Origin: Patescibacteria group bacterium
Lineage (GTDB): Bacteria > Patescibacteriota > Microgenomatia > Daviesbacterales > UBA10151
DNA length: 64,000 bases
Reading direction: 5' to 3'
Assembly: GCA_023379125.1 (NCBI GenBank)
Contig: JAMCSY010000004.1
Span: forward strand, 122,588 to 186,587
Position 1 is the stretch's first letter, and each line of letters opens with the position of its first letter. The notes under the pieces were generated by a model. The model did no database searches, was not told the origin of the DNA, and saw only the letters and a list, made by a program, of their open reading frames with translations. The translations under genes and the position numbers were made by a program. This document shows positions 1 to 8,821 of the stretch, piece by piece.

Positions 1-1378
1 CGCCGGTTTTAGTATACTACTAGGTCAAAATTGTGTTGGTTATGAGATTAATCCTGACAATACCGTAACACCAAAGCTCTTCTCACAACTACCTAGCGGA
101 GGTGCGCTAGGTGGAGTCAACTCAGCTATGGTAGCCATGTATACCAATCCAGCTGCTTCAACGGGCTATTACTTAGCCTACGTAGGTAATAATCTTGGTT
201 TGGTCAAACCAGCTTATGCAGCAAATGCTAGTGGTATCCCTGGGCAAGGCAGCGATGTTTTATTCCCAGTGCTAAAGCTCTGGGTTTTATCACGAAATAT
301 TGCTTATGCAGCTTTCATCTTAATCTTTGTAATAGTTGGTTTTATGATTATGTTTAGACAAAAAATCAATCCCCAAACAGTTATCACTGCACAACAGGCC
401 CTACCAGGACTAGCGATTGGTTTAGTTTTAGTTACTTTTAGCTACCTAATTGCTTCTGTCTTAGTAGATTTGTCTTTTGTGGTCATGCAAGTCATTGCAG
501 CACTCTTTGACGCTGCTTCAGTAGGAATTACCAATGCTAGTGATCTGGCTCAGAATGGTAACGCGATTGCTATTTTTTGGTCATTTCTATGGTCTGGTGT
601 ACTTGGTAATATATTCACTGGTTTTGCCCAATTATTAACACCCTCACCCCAAGCAGCCCAATTCATTGGCAGCAACGCACTGGGATTTGGGCTTGGACCA
701 GTATTAAACACATTGCTACCAAACTTCACAGAATGGATTGGTACTGTAATTTCTCAAGGAACTGGTTATGTGATTGGTGGCATAGTCACAGTTATAGTAA
801 TAATCGCATTTCTAATACAGATGTTAAGACTTATTTGGGGATTAATTTCCGCCTATATTACTATTCTCGTAATGACTATTCTAGGTCCTGTTATAATTAT
901 GTTTTCTTCAATCCCTGGTAGAAGTGGTGTAATTTCTTTCTGGTGGAAAACAATCTTAGCTAATGTAATGATCTTTCCAGCAGTTTTTGCTGCCTTCCTT
1001 TTTGCTTCATCTATTGTTAGTCAGACGACTACTATCACCACAGCTTTACCGCTCATGGGTGGTTTACCTGCTGTTGGCTCAGTTGACCTACTTAAAGCTG
1101 TTTTAGGATTAGGTATTATGATGGGAACTCCTGCTATTCCTAACATGGTCAAGCAAGCCTTTGGGATTAAAGATGTTCAAGGATTGCCACAAGCAGCAGT
1201 TGCAGGATTCATGGGAGGAATTGCTGCTGGTAGAACAGGTTACGGAGGAATGATGCGTTCAACAGGCTTAGCTGAAGCTCAGGAAGGACTTTCCCGGCAA
1301 AGAATGAGCGATATAGGGACATCATTATCCGGATCTAGAAGAGAAACCATTCTACGCTGGCTGCCCAGGTCCCGCTAA
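1..1378 (+). CDS. Polytopic membrane protein, VirB6/TrbL-like (PrgH/TcpH-type) candidate. It is 5'-partial because the reading frame is open to the window start.
   Basis: Frame 2 has no stop from nt 2 to the listed ATG at 128. There are at least 6 hydrophobic Gly/Ala-rich TM segments and a hydrophilic C-terminal tail. It lies 3 kb upstream of a VirB4 operon. Assignment rests on topology and context only. Confidence 0.4.
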   Translation, partial: AGFSILLGQNCVGYEINPDNTVTPKLFSQLPSGGALGGVNSAMVAMYTNPAASTGYYLAYVGNNLGLVKPAYAANASGIPGQGSDVLFPVLKLWVLSRNIAYAAFILIFVIVGFMIMFRQKINPQTVITAQQALPGLAIGLVLVTFSYLIASVLVDLSFVVMQVIAALFDAASVGITNASDLAQNGNAIAIFWSFLWSGVLGNIFTGFAQLLTPSPQAAQFIGSNALGFGLGPVLNTLLPNFTEWIGTVISQGTGYVIGGIVTVIVIIAFLIQMLRLIWGLISAYITILVMTILGPVIIMFSSIPGRSGVISFWWKTILANVMIFPAVFAAFLFASSIVSQTTTITTALPLMGGLPAVGSVDLLKAVLGLGIMMGTPAIPNMVKQAFGIKDVQGLPQAAVAGFMGGIAAGRTGYGGMMRSTGLAEAQEGLSRQRMSDIGTSLSGSRRETILRWLPRSR

Positions 1379-1441
1379 GTAAAAAATCAGAGAAGTCTTC
1401 TTTAGGATTTAATGCAGTCAGATAAATCTTAGTTGCTTGCC

Positions 1442-3163
1442 TTATTTTAACTTAAGACTTTCTTGCATAATACCTTTAATGAGATTAAGAATAAACGAGA
1501 TAGCTCCTCCGATTGTGCGCCTAGTGTTTATATAAAAATCTGGGCTGATTGATCCTGGAAATCCCAGAACTTTCTTTAGTACATTTTCACGATCACTCGG
1601 GTTGATAAAGGGAGCTCTTTTTTCATCGGATAAGCCTGTTAAGTTGTTAGCCATCGCTACAATTTCCGTAAAACCATACAGACGCTTACCTGTTTCCGTT
1701 TTTCTAGCTGACTTAGCATATTCAATAAAATTAACAAATAACTGTCTTTTTGTTTCCCACTGTTTTTCACTTAAGTAAGAAAAGGTATCTATCAAAGCAT
1801 ATAAGGAATCTGGAGTTGGGTTTCTTAAAAAAGCATCACTTTTACCATACATCGCATCCCTGGCAGCATCAGGTTGAGCCAGTTTTCTGTAGGCCCAAAG
1901 TCCTGCCGGAGGCTCATTACCGATATTAGCAAAATTTTTATTTGCCCAAAAAGAAGCATCTTTGGGAGCAGTTCCATCATGCAAAAACTCTAATTCAGTA
2001 CTACCATTATCTAAAGTTCTTAGTTTGATGAGACCATCTGGATGATCTTTTTTATCATATCCAAACTCGCTGGATCCTGCCAGATCTGTAAGCCAATCTA
2101 CTGCCCCAAGATTAATACCTTTCATTAACCTAATTATAGGCCTGTTAGACTCTGCTTGGGTCAATAAGAAATCGTTAAATTTCAGAATCCTCCTCATCGT
2201 CCAATCTCCTCCACTCATATCACCTGTAAACTCATATTTATTCTTTTTCTCGTTATAGACTGCTTTATCATGAGATGACATTCTTCCACTGAGACGCCAA
2301 AACCGTTCTGCTAGGTTTTGTATCCATGCGTAATCAGTAGCATGATCACTAGCCCAAGCTTTTCTATCTTCTTTTTCATGATGTCCACCGAAAGCATCAG
2401 CTAATTCGTACTGTATCCTTGCTCGGACGGCATTTTTTGCGGTCCCCCCAGTTTGAATGTATTCTTCGGCGTGTTGCTCATAAAGGTTTAGGGCCTTAAT
2501 AAAACCTGGTAATTGGAAAAGAGTATCCAAATATTCTGAATTAAGCCTGCCAAAGGCTGTTTGGATAGTTTTTACATCAAGCGCAGTCTCGTATTCTAAA
2601 AACGATTGGTGAAAAGTAAAACGTGCAATATATTCTTCGTATAATTTTCTTCCTATATCGCGATTTGGGTCTTCCTTATCAGAATGTTTGGCAATATAAT
2701 CTGGGCTATATAACCCAGAGATCATTAGGCCAATTCTTTCAAACTCTTGTTGTAAACCAGGACCTCCACCAGCAGTTCTAGTTTGCTCCACTTTTGCCAA
2801 CACACTCCGAAGCATATTTATTTTATCTTGCGCCTCAGCTGGAACCATAATTACTCGTGGTCCAAGTTGTGTTTCAACCACCAGTCTTTCCATTCCCGGT
2901 GGCATTGTCCCCTCATCTCCTCTTCTTGGAGGCTCACCAACTGCCGAACTTGTTTCTCCACCAGCTTTAATCTTTTCTCCACGGGCTATCCTTGCCAATT
3001 CATCAGAAATCCTTGCAATCGTTTCTGCTTCATCGACACGAATGCGATGTGTTTTTTCTGGATAATGGTGTACTCTACCATGAGTCTCAATCACTCTAGC
3101 ACGAGCTGTTGGTGTGGGTATTTCTGGACGTGAACTTCCTTCTGGCATGAATTCTGCACTCAT
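1442..3163 (-). CDS. Hypothetical 573-aa protein with no recognisable family. It is Trp/Arg/Asp-rich, soluble and embedded in the T4SS-like locus.
   Basis: Long uninterrupted ORF. It is convergent with the VirB6-like gene. Its amino-acid composition is atypical compared with neighbouring proteins. Confidence 0.5.
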   Translation of the reverse strand: MSAEFMPEGSSRPEIPTPTARARVIETHGRVHHYPEKTHRIRVDEAETIARISDELARIARGEKIKAGGETSSAVGEPPRRGDEGTMPPGMERLVVETQLGPRVIMVPAEAQDKINMLRSVLAKVEQTRTAGGGPGLQQEFERIGLMISGLYSPDYIAKHSDKEDPNRDIGRKLYEEYIARFTFHQSFLEYETALDVKTIQTAFGRLNSEYLDTLFQLPGFIKALNLYEQHAEEYIQTGGTAKNAVRARIQYELADAFGGHHEKEDRKAWASDHATDYAWIQNLAERFWRLSGRMSSHDKAVYNEKKNKYEFTGDMSGGDWTMRRILKFNDFLLTQAESNRPIIRLMKGINLGAVDWLTDLAGSSEFGYDKKDHPDGLIKLRTLDNGSTELEFLHDGTAPKDASFWANKNFANIGNEPPAGLWAYRKLAQPDAARDAMYGKSDAFLRNPTPDSLYALIDTFSYLSEKQWETKRQLFVNFIEYAKSARKTETGKRLYGFTEIVAMANNLTGLSDEKRAPFINPSDRENVLKKVLGFPGSISPDFYINTRRTIGGAISFILNLIKGIMQESLKLK

Positions 3164-3263
3164 AAGTTCCCTTTCTTTAATTCAAATAACCGAGTATTGT
3201 ACCACTATAGGAAACTTATTGCAACTCTTAGTGTAGCTTGCTACAAGCTTGTCTGTCAAACTT

Positions 3264-4127
3264 TTAGTCACACTTTTGGAAATCCTCTTTTCTAGCCCCA
3301 CAATGTGGACAGATAGTAACTCCTTTTCCTTTAGGAATAGGTTTACCACAAAGCTTATTAGGGCAATTAAAGTATTGTTTTGAGTGCTCACTCATATAAG
3401 CAAAGGCTGTCCAATTAACCGGGCAACTGGGAGCATTCTCACCCACAGCACCTATCATCGCTAAATGATCGATAAGTAATTCTGTATCCACCTTGCCATA
3501 CATAGTTACTAACTGATCATAATAATCCTGAATTTGTCCCAAAGCTTCTTCTTTAACTTTAATATCCTTACTACTCCTGATCACTGACAAGTCCAAATTA
3601 TCAACTAGTTCCTCAAGTAAATATGTCCAATTTAAGCCTTGGGTTTTTAGTACCAATGGTGTTGCTCTAACTTGATCTAGAGATGATAAAAAGGGTCGAT
3701 CTTCACTAAATTGGGCCAAATCTCGAGCAAACTGCAAACTGTCTTGTTCATCAAGATCAAGCATAATTGCTCGATTATAGAGATACTTAATCCCTGATTG
3801 TTGGTCTAAATTACTAACTATTATTTTGGAAGCTGGGTAAATTCCTGCAGCTGGTGGACTGACCCAAGCAATAACTCCCTGCTGATGATCACTAACCCAA
3901 TCTTCAATTAAATCAAAGACCTGCCCTTCTAATTGACCAACCAAAGAAGTTCTATCAACCTGTTTTTTAATACCAACCCCTGTTTTTGGAGAAAACAGTT
4001 TCCCCTCGGGTGTTGCCACAAAATAATAAAAATCAGGAATTCTTCTTGTTTCAAAGACGTATGAGGAAGCTTCCCAGGCTGCTTGTGTTAGTGAAGGGGT
4101 TTTTTGATCTACTTGAGTTTCTAACAT
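3264..4127 (-). CDS. Hypothetical protein with a C-terminal Cys4 zinc-ribbon (CPNKLCGKP...CPHCG).
   Basis: 287-aa ORF co-oriented with the 1442..3163 gene. A CxxxxC...CxxC cluster sits at the C-terminus. Confidence 0.5.
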   Translation of the reverse strand: MLETQVDQKTPSLTQAAWEASSYVFETRRIPDFYYFVATPEGKLFSPKTGVGIKKQVDRTSLVGQLEGQVFDLIEDWVSDHQQGVIAWVSPPAAGIYPASKIIVSNLDQQSGIKYLYNRAIMLDLDEQDSLQFARDLAQFSEDRPFLSSLDQVRATPLVLKTQGLNWTYLLEELVDNLDLSVIRSSKDIKVKEEALGQIQDYYDQLVTMYGKVDTELLIDHLAMIGAVGENAPSCPVNWTAFAYMSEHSKQYFNCPNKLCGKPIPKGKGVTICPHCGARKEDFQKCD

Positions 4128-4494
4128 ATTGCTCCTGCTACGGGAAAAACCATCCTTGGATGGTGCGGTCGGTCTCCTGGCTTACCTTTTGCAAAAAAAG
4201 GATTACAGTTGCGGCACAGCTTCTGACTTACACAGAATTCCCTTTTGTGCTTTGCTTCAAAAACTGAAGTAGCACACCGCTTAATCCACGCTATCAAAGA
4301 TTAATTCTTGATGTCAAGACTTAAACCATTTGAGCGAGTTAATACCAAAAATACATTGATCAGTTATAAATTGCTGTTGATAAGTTCTCAAATGATCCTT
4401 TTTGAGGCCCTAGACAAGTGTTTTTTCACGCAATAGCATGAAGAATGATTTCCAACCTTTTGACCAAAGAACAAGACCACTCTCTCACCAGAGA

Positions 4495-4527
4495 AGCTTT
4501 GTGTTATCTAAATAATACTGATATAAT
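4495..4527 (+). promoter_or_regulatory. Putative sigma70-type promoter with an extended -10 (TGaTATAAT) for the T4SS-like operon.
   Basis: tgatataat at 4519-4527 with a weak -35-like TTTGTG 17 nt upstream. It is about 70 nt before the ATG at 4599, in a 470-bp divergent intergenic region. Confidence 0.3.
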
Positions 4528-4598
4528 GCTTTGATTTTGCTAACAAATATAAAAATCTAACAAGAAAGGTTAATCAATTTAGGCTATAGTAAAAATAT

Positions 4599-6029
4599 AT
4601 GGAGCCTCATCCAGTACCACAAAACATAACTTCCTTTGAATTTCATTTAGTTGGGGATATGACACTCAAGCAATTTGGCTATCTAGCTACTGGTTTAGGT
4701 ATTGCTTATTTAATTTTTGTCTTACTTTTTAATACAATACCACTTTTAGCAATCACCCTCATTGCTATTTCGGCAGGTTCTGGGTTTGCTTTTGCCTTTC
4801 TGCCTCTTTATGATCGCCCACTATCACACTGGGTCTCAGCTTATTTTCGAGCTATTTATTCTCCCACTAAACGCTATTGGCAAAACCCTTTAAGTCCCAA
4901 CAGCACAGTTTCTGCTGATGATCCAGCTTTTAGAAATAGACTCAAAGACTTTTTAAGTACAATCGTTTCAGCTGAGCCACAGGCACCAACTCCAACCTCT
5001 GCTGAAAACCTAATTATTCAAAATCAACCATCACCAACTCCAGCAAGCCCCAGCACTAATAAGCCTGTAACTCTAGCAGATCAAAACTCAATACCATCTA
5101 ACTCGCAAATAGAGCAACCTCAACCTACGAGCAACTCCTCTCAAGCTTCTTCTATCACAGCTCAAAACAACCAAGAGCCAGTTGTTTCTTTTTCACCTAC
5201 TAACTCCACTCCGAATAACCCAACAGCTGTTAATACTTCCCCATCTCCCCAGCCAATCACCAGCCCCTATTTTGCCTCCACCCAACCCACTCAGCAAACA
5301 ACTTTTAATCAGGTAACCACCACACAGCAGACAATACCTATGATTGGAGTTACTAATCCAGCACCTATAACTCCTCTGCCAGTTGTTCATCCCCCTGCTC
5401 CACCGAGCTCTACTCCCCCATCTCCTCAAGACATGCCCAGGCCAGAAGAGCTAACCGAGCTTGTCAAACTAGCTCAGGAGGCACGTTCTGTACAATCCAA
5501 AGTAGCAGAAACTCAACGGCGGATTAATGAAATCAAAGCTTCAATCTCCACCCAGGGTAGTCAAAGTGCTGATTATACCGAACAGGCTCAGCAAATGTTC
5601 TCTAACCTGCAAAACTTAATCAAAGAAACTGAGGACCTGTCGACTAAAACCTCACAAATTGTTAAAACTAGTCCAAAAGCTAAGGCGCCAAAGGTCGTAG
5701 TTGTTCAACCCACCAAGCGCACACCAACTCAAGTTTTACTAACCTCAACCCCTAATGTGATCAATGGCATCGTAACAGATCCCGAGGGTAACTACTTAGA
5801 TGGCGTCATTGCCATTATCCATAACAAAGATAATTTACCTGTTAGAGCTTTAAAGACTAATAAGTTAGGCCAGTTTGCAGGCGCTACTCCTCTACCTTCC
5901 GGAGTCTATACCTTAACTCTAGAAAAAGACAATTTGGAGTTTGATTCCATTCAAATTACTTTAAACGGTGAGGTTTTGCCACCAATTAATATCTCAGCCA
6001 AGAGAGGAGTGACAGTTTTAAATGATTAA
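4599..6029 (+). CDS. Membrane protein with four parts. They are an N-terminal 2-TM hairpin (VirB3/PrgI-like position and topology), a long P/T/S/Q-rich low-complexity linker, a coiled coil and a C-terminal carboxypeptidase-regulatory-like beta-sandwich domain.
   Basis: Two adjacent hydrophobic helices at residues 25-70. Disordered segment at about 100-270. Coiled-coil heptads at about 275-340. C-terminal motif GIVTDPEGNYLDGVIAII...LPSGVYTLTLEKD is typical of CarboxypepD_reg/Cna-B-like folds. An 8-nt overlap with the next gene suggests an operon. Confidence 0.5.
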   Translation: MEPHPVPQNITSFEFHLVGDMTLKQFGYLATGLGIAYLIFVLLFNTIPLLAITLIAISAGSGFAFAFLPLYDRPLSHWVSAYFRAIYSPTKRYWQNPLSPNSTVSADDPAFRNRLKDFLSTIVSAEPQAPTPTSAENLIIQNQPSPTPASPSTNKPVTLADQNSIPSNSQIEQPQPTSNSSQASSITAQNNQEPVVSFSPTNSTPNNPTAVNTSPSPQPITSPYFASTQPTQQTTFNQVTTTQQTIPMIGVTNPAPITPLPVVHPPAPPSSTPPSPQDMPRPEELTELVKLAQEARSVQSKVAETQRRINEIKASISTQGSQSADYTEQAQQMFSNLQNLIKETEDLSTKTSQIVKTSPKAKAPKVVVVQPTKRTPTQVLLTSTPNVINGIVTDPEGNYLDGVIAIIHNKDNLPVRALKTNKLGQFAGATPLPSGVYTLTLEKDNLEFDSIQITLNGEVLPPINISAKRGVTVLND

Positions 6030-7047
6030 TAGCACTCAAGACCATATCCCTATCGAAGATATCGTTAACAATTTGGTTTTTCTCAAAGATGGTAGTGTTG
6101 CTCTTGTCATTACTACTTCCGCAGTGAACTTTGGTCTACTTTTTGAAACAGAACAAATAGCCATCATAGATGCATTTGCTGGTTTTCTTAATTCTCTATC
6201 CTTTCCTATTCAAGTTACTATTATTTCCCGTCGATTAGATGTTTCCTCGTATCTGGATACCATCGATCGTGCAAGGGCCAGGCAAAAAAATCAAGCTTTG
6301 TTAGCCATGACTGATCATTACCGACAATTTGTGGAAAGTCTAATTAAAGAGAAGAATGTCTTAGAGAAAAAATTTTATGTTACTTTAAATGTTAGCGGTC
6401 CAGAGTTAGGCTTTTTTAAGCGCAGCACCCTCGATCGCTCCCGTAAAGCAATTACTGTACTTAATCCCCGTAAAGACCATGTTCTTCGACAACTCTCGCG
6501 AATCGGCCTTAAAGCTCGACAGTTGTCAACGGAAGAGCTCGTTAAGCTTTATTATGATATTTATAATCCTGAATACAGCGAAAGCGAGATTGCTGTGGCA
6601 GGCTCAGAAGAAGAATCAGCTGAGACTGAACCTACTTCTGAGAACAAACAACCAGGCGCACCAGTTTCACTTTCTGGAATCCTACAATCACTAGTTTCTC
6701 CTCAAAAACAATCAAGCAACCAAGAACTTACTCCTCCCCAGGAAACAGTTGTTCCTAGTCCAGCCACAACAACCCAGGCAAAACCAGAAATATTTACCAC
6801 CCAAAACACAGCTGAGGAAACTCCTCCAACTCAACCCTTGACAGAGCCAATTGCTCCTGCTGAACCTATTACTCCTTCAGTAACCCCACAACCGCAATTA
6901 GCTCAACCTAGTGCCTTACATCCCTTGTTTTTTGATGCCACCCCCCAAACCTCAACTGTGCAACCTACTCAACCTAGCCAAGCCAACCCTAGTAACACTA
7001 ACACACCATTTGTAGTTGAGGAGCTACCAGAAAATGGCCAACAATAA
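6022..7047 (+). CDS. VirB4/TrbE N-terminal domain protein (CagE_TrbE_VirB-like) with a 150-aa P/T/Q-rich disordered tail. It is the N-terminal half of a split VirB4.
   Basis: The motif IPIEDIVNNLVFLKDGSVALVI...EQIAIIDAFAGFLNSLSFPIQVTIISRRLD matches the conserved VirB4 N-terminus (LKDGSL...RR.D). It ends 14 nt after the ATG of the downstream ATPase gene. Confidence 0.6.
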   Translation: MINSTQDHIPIEDIVNNLVFLKDGSVALVITTSAVNFGLLFETEQIAIIDAFAGFLNSLSFPIQVTIISRRLDVSSYLDTIDRARARQKNQALLAMTDHYRQFVESLIKEKNVLEKKFYVTLNVSGPELGFFKRSTLDRSRKAITVLNPRKDHVLRQLSRIGLKARQLSTEELVKLYYDIYNPEYSESEIAVAGSEEESAETEPTSENKQPGAPVSLSGILQSLVSPQKQSSNQELTPPQETVVPSPATTTQAKPEIFTTQNTAEETPPTQPLTEPIAPAEPITPSVTPQPQLAQPSALHPLFFDATPQTSTVQPTQPSQANPSNTNTPFVVEELPENGQQ

Positions 7048-8767
7048 CCAAATCATCAAAATTCAAGATGTCATCGCCCCAAACAGCCTTGAGGTCGATT
7101 TCACTTACGTTCGCATTAATAAATATCTATATCGAACTTTTTTTGTGGCCGGTTACCCCCGTTTTGTTGAGCCAAATTGGTTAGAGCCACTGGTCTCTTT
7201 CGAGCACTCATTGTTAGTTTCTATGTTTATTTATCCCACTGCTTCCTCTGGAACACTCGAGGATCTTAAAAGAAAGATTGCCGAGATGGAGGCTACCATC
7301 CAAACAGATATTGAAAGAGGACGTGTTGTTGATCCATCAGTAGCTGTTGCTTTAGACGATGCTCGCGAACTACAAGAACAACTTGCTAAGGGAGCTGAGA
7401 GATTTTTCCAGTTTGGTTTATATCTTACAGTTCCTTCAATTGATGTCCAAGAACTAGACAATAGCTCTCAAGTCGTGGAATCTACTCTGGGGAGTATTTC
7501 AATCACTGCACATCCCAGTTCTCTGGAAATGGAAGATGGATTCATCACTACCATGCCTTTAGGTAGAGATAATCTCTATCTAACCCATAACATGGATACC
7601 ACTTCACTGGCTACCACTTTTCCCTTTACTTCATCTGAGCTAACTGCTCCTGAGGGAGTAGTATATGGAATCAATGAGCACAATGATTCCCTGATTATCT
7701 TTGACCGTTTCAGTCAAGAAAATGCTAATTCGGTAGTCTTGGCTACTTCTGGTGCTGGAAAATCGTATATGGTTAAACTAGAAACACTTCGGGCTTTAAT
7801 TCTCGGAGCAGAAGTAATCATTATTGACCCCGAAAAAGAATATGAAGAACTGGCTAAGGCAGTTGGTGGTAGCTATATTAACTTTTCCACCTCTTCTCCA
7901 GTTAAACTTAATCCTTTTGATCTACCAGAGGTCAGCGAGGCTGGAGAAAACGAGCTAGGGAGAAAAATCCTTTCCTTAACTGCTTTTTTGAAGCTAGTTT
8001 TAGGTGATTTAACAGCTCAGGAATCAGCTATTTTAGACCGCGCTTTAAATACCACCTACCGCCTGAAAGGAATCACCCAGGATCCCAAAACCCAGACTGA
8101 TCCTAATATTAAACCTCCGCTGATGGAGGATTTATATAAAGTGCTAATTGGCATGGAAGATCAAGTGTCTTCTGAGTTGGCTATTAGACTAGAACGGTTT
8201 ATTAAAGGTTCCTTAACTGGAATTTTCTCTTCTTATTCTAATCTGAAAATTAATAATCAGTTCACTGTCTTTACAGTCAGAGAGCTACCTGATCAACTAA
8301 GACCACTCGCGATGCATCTGATCCTGGATTATATTTGGACCAAAATCAGAGGTGATTTAAAAAAACGATTACTTGTTGTTGATGAAGCTTGGTATATGAT
8401 GCGTTATCCAGATTCTGCTAACTTTTTGGTAGAGATGGTCAAACGGGCGAGAAAATACTATTTAGGCGTAACAACTATTTCCCAAGACGTAGAAGATTTT
8501 ATTGGTCAAGATAGAGGTAAGGAGATTGTTTCTAACTCAGCTATGCAAGTCTTACTAAAACAAGCCCCTGCTTCAATTGAAACCATTGGTAAGGTTTTTA
8601 ATCTGTCTTACGGAGAAAAGAGACTGCTACTTTCAGCTGGAGTTGGTCAAGGGATTTTCTTCGCTGGTAATACTCATGTAGCAATGAGAGTTGTGGCATC
8701 TGAAGAAGAGCACCAACTAATTACTAGTAATCCACAAGAAATCCTCGCCAGAAGAGGTCCTGTTTAG
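7034..8767 (+). CDS. virB4: VirB4-family T4SS ATPase, C-terminal core. This includes the YPRFVEPNWLEPL region and the Walker A and Walker B (DEAW) motifs.
   Basis: Walker A ATSGAGKSY and Walker B LLVVDEAWYMM, the classic VirB4 DEAW. A TISQDVEDF motif is present. GAGGAG SD at 7018-7023 lies 10 nt before the ATG at 7034. The ORF track lists an alternative TTG at 7016. Confidence 0.8.
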   Translation: MANNNQIIKIQDVIAPNSLEVDFTYVRINKYLYRTFFVAGYPRFVEPNWLEPLVSFEHSLLVSMFIYPTASSGTLEDLKRKIAEMEATIQTDIERGRVVDPSVAVALDDARELQEQLAKGAERFFQFGLYLTVPSIDVQELDNSSQVVESTLGSISITAHPSSLEMEDGFITTMPLGRDNLYLTHNMDTTSLATTFPFTSSELTAPEGVVYGINEHNDSLIIFDRFSQENANSVVLATSGAGKSYMVKLETLRALILGAEVIIIDPEKEYEELAKAVGGSYINFSTSSPVKLNPFDLPEVSEAGENELGRKILSLTAFLKLVLGDLTAQESAILDRALNTTYRLKGITQDPKTQTDPNIKPPLMEDLYKVLIGMEDQVSSELAIRLERFIKGSLTGIFSSYSNLKINNQFTVFTVRELPDQLRPLAMHLILDYIWTKIRGDLKKRLLVVDEAWYMMRYPDSANFLVEMVKRARKYYLGVTTISQDVEDFIGQDRGKEIVSNSAMQVLLKQAPASIETIGKVFNLSYGEKRLLLSAGVGQGIFFAGNTHVAMRVVASEEEHQLITSNPQEILARRGPV

Positions 8768-8821
8768 GGTAGCTGGTAACTATTTTAAAATTATGGCAAG
8801 ATGTAAATATAGTGCGCTACC

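Noticed and set aside
733-921. Short ORFs lying inside or antisense to well-supported genes. They are 733-921, 2783-3133, 3986-4267, 5193-5429, 6479-6694, 7231-7461, 9140-9618, 9955-10371, 12855-13088, 14655-14840, 15428-15622, 16980-17216, 17791-17985, 18415-18645, 24321-24608, 25120-25407, 26992-27225, 28716-28904, 32323-32962, 34102-34290, 37348-37779, 41634-41834, 42618-42815, 45143-45546, 45903-46127, 52962-53441, 54550-54738, 56301-56486, 56664-56894, 58226-58510, 61056-61244 and 62263-62493.
   Set aside because: Each overlaps a longer ORF that has clear family motifs on the same or the opposite strand. None has any recognisable motif of its own. They are typical shadow ORFs in AT-rich DNA.
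3182-3391. 69-aa ORF spanning the 3164-3263 gap and the 3' end of the 3264-4127 gene.
   Set aside because: It overlaps the stronger gene in another frame and has no motif. It is probably spurious, although the 100-nt gap itself is unexplained.
6022-8767. Interpreting the split VirB4 as a simple frameshifted pseudogene.
   Set aside because: The downstream part has its own SD and ATG placed inside the 14-nt overlap, which is typical of coupled genes. A sequencing indel cannot be excluded without reads, so this is reported as a finding rather than as a pseudogene.
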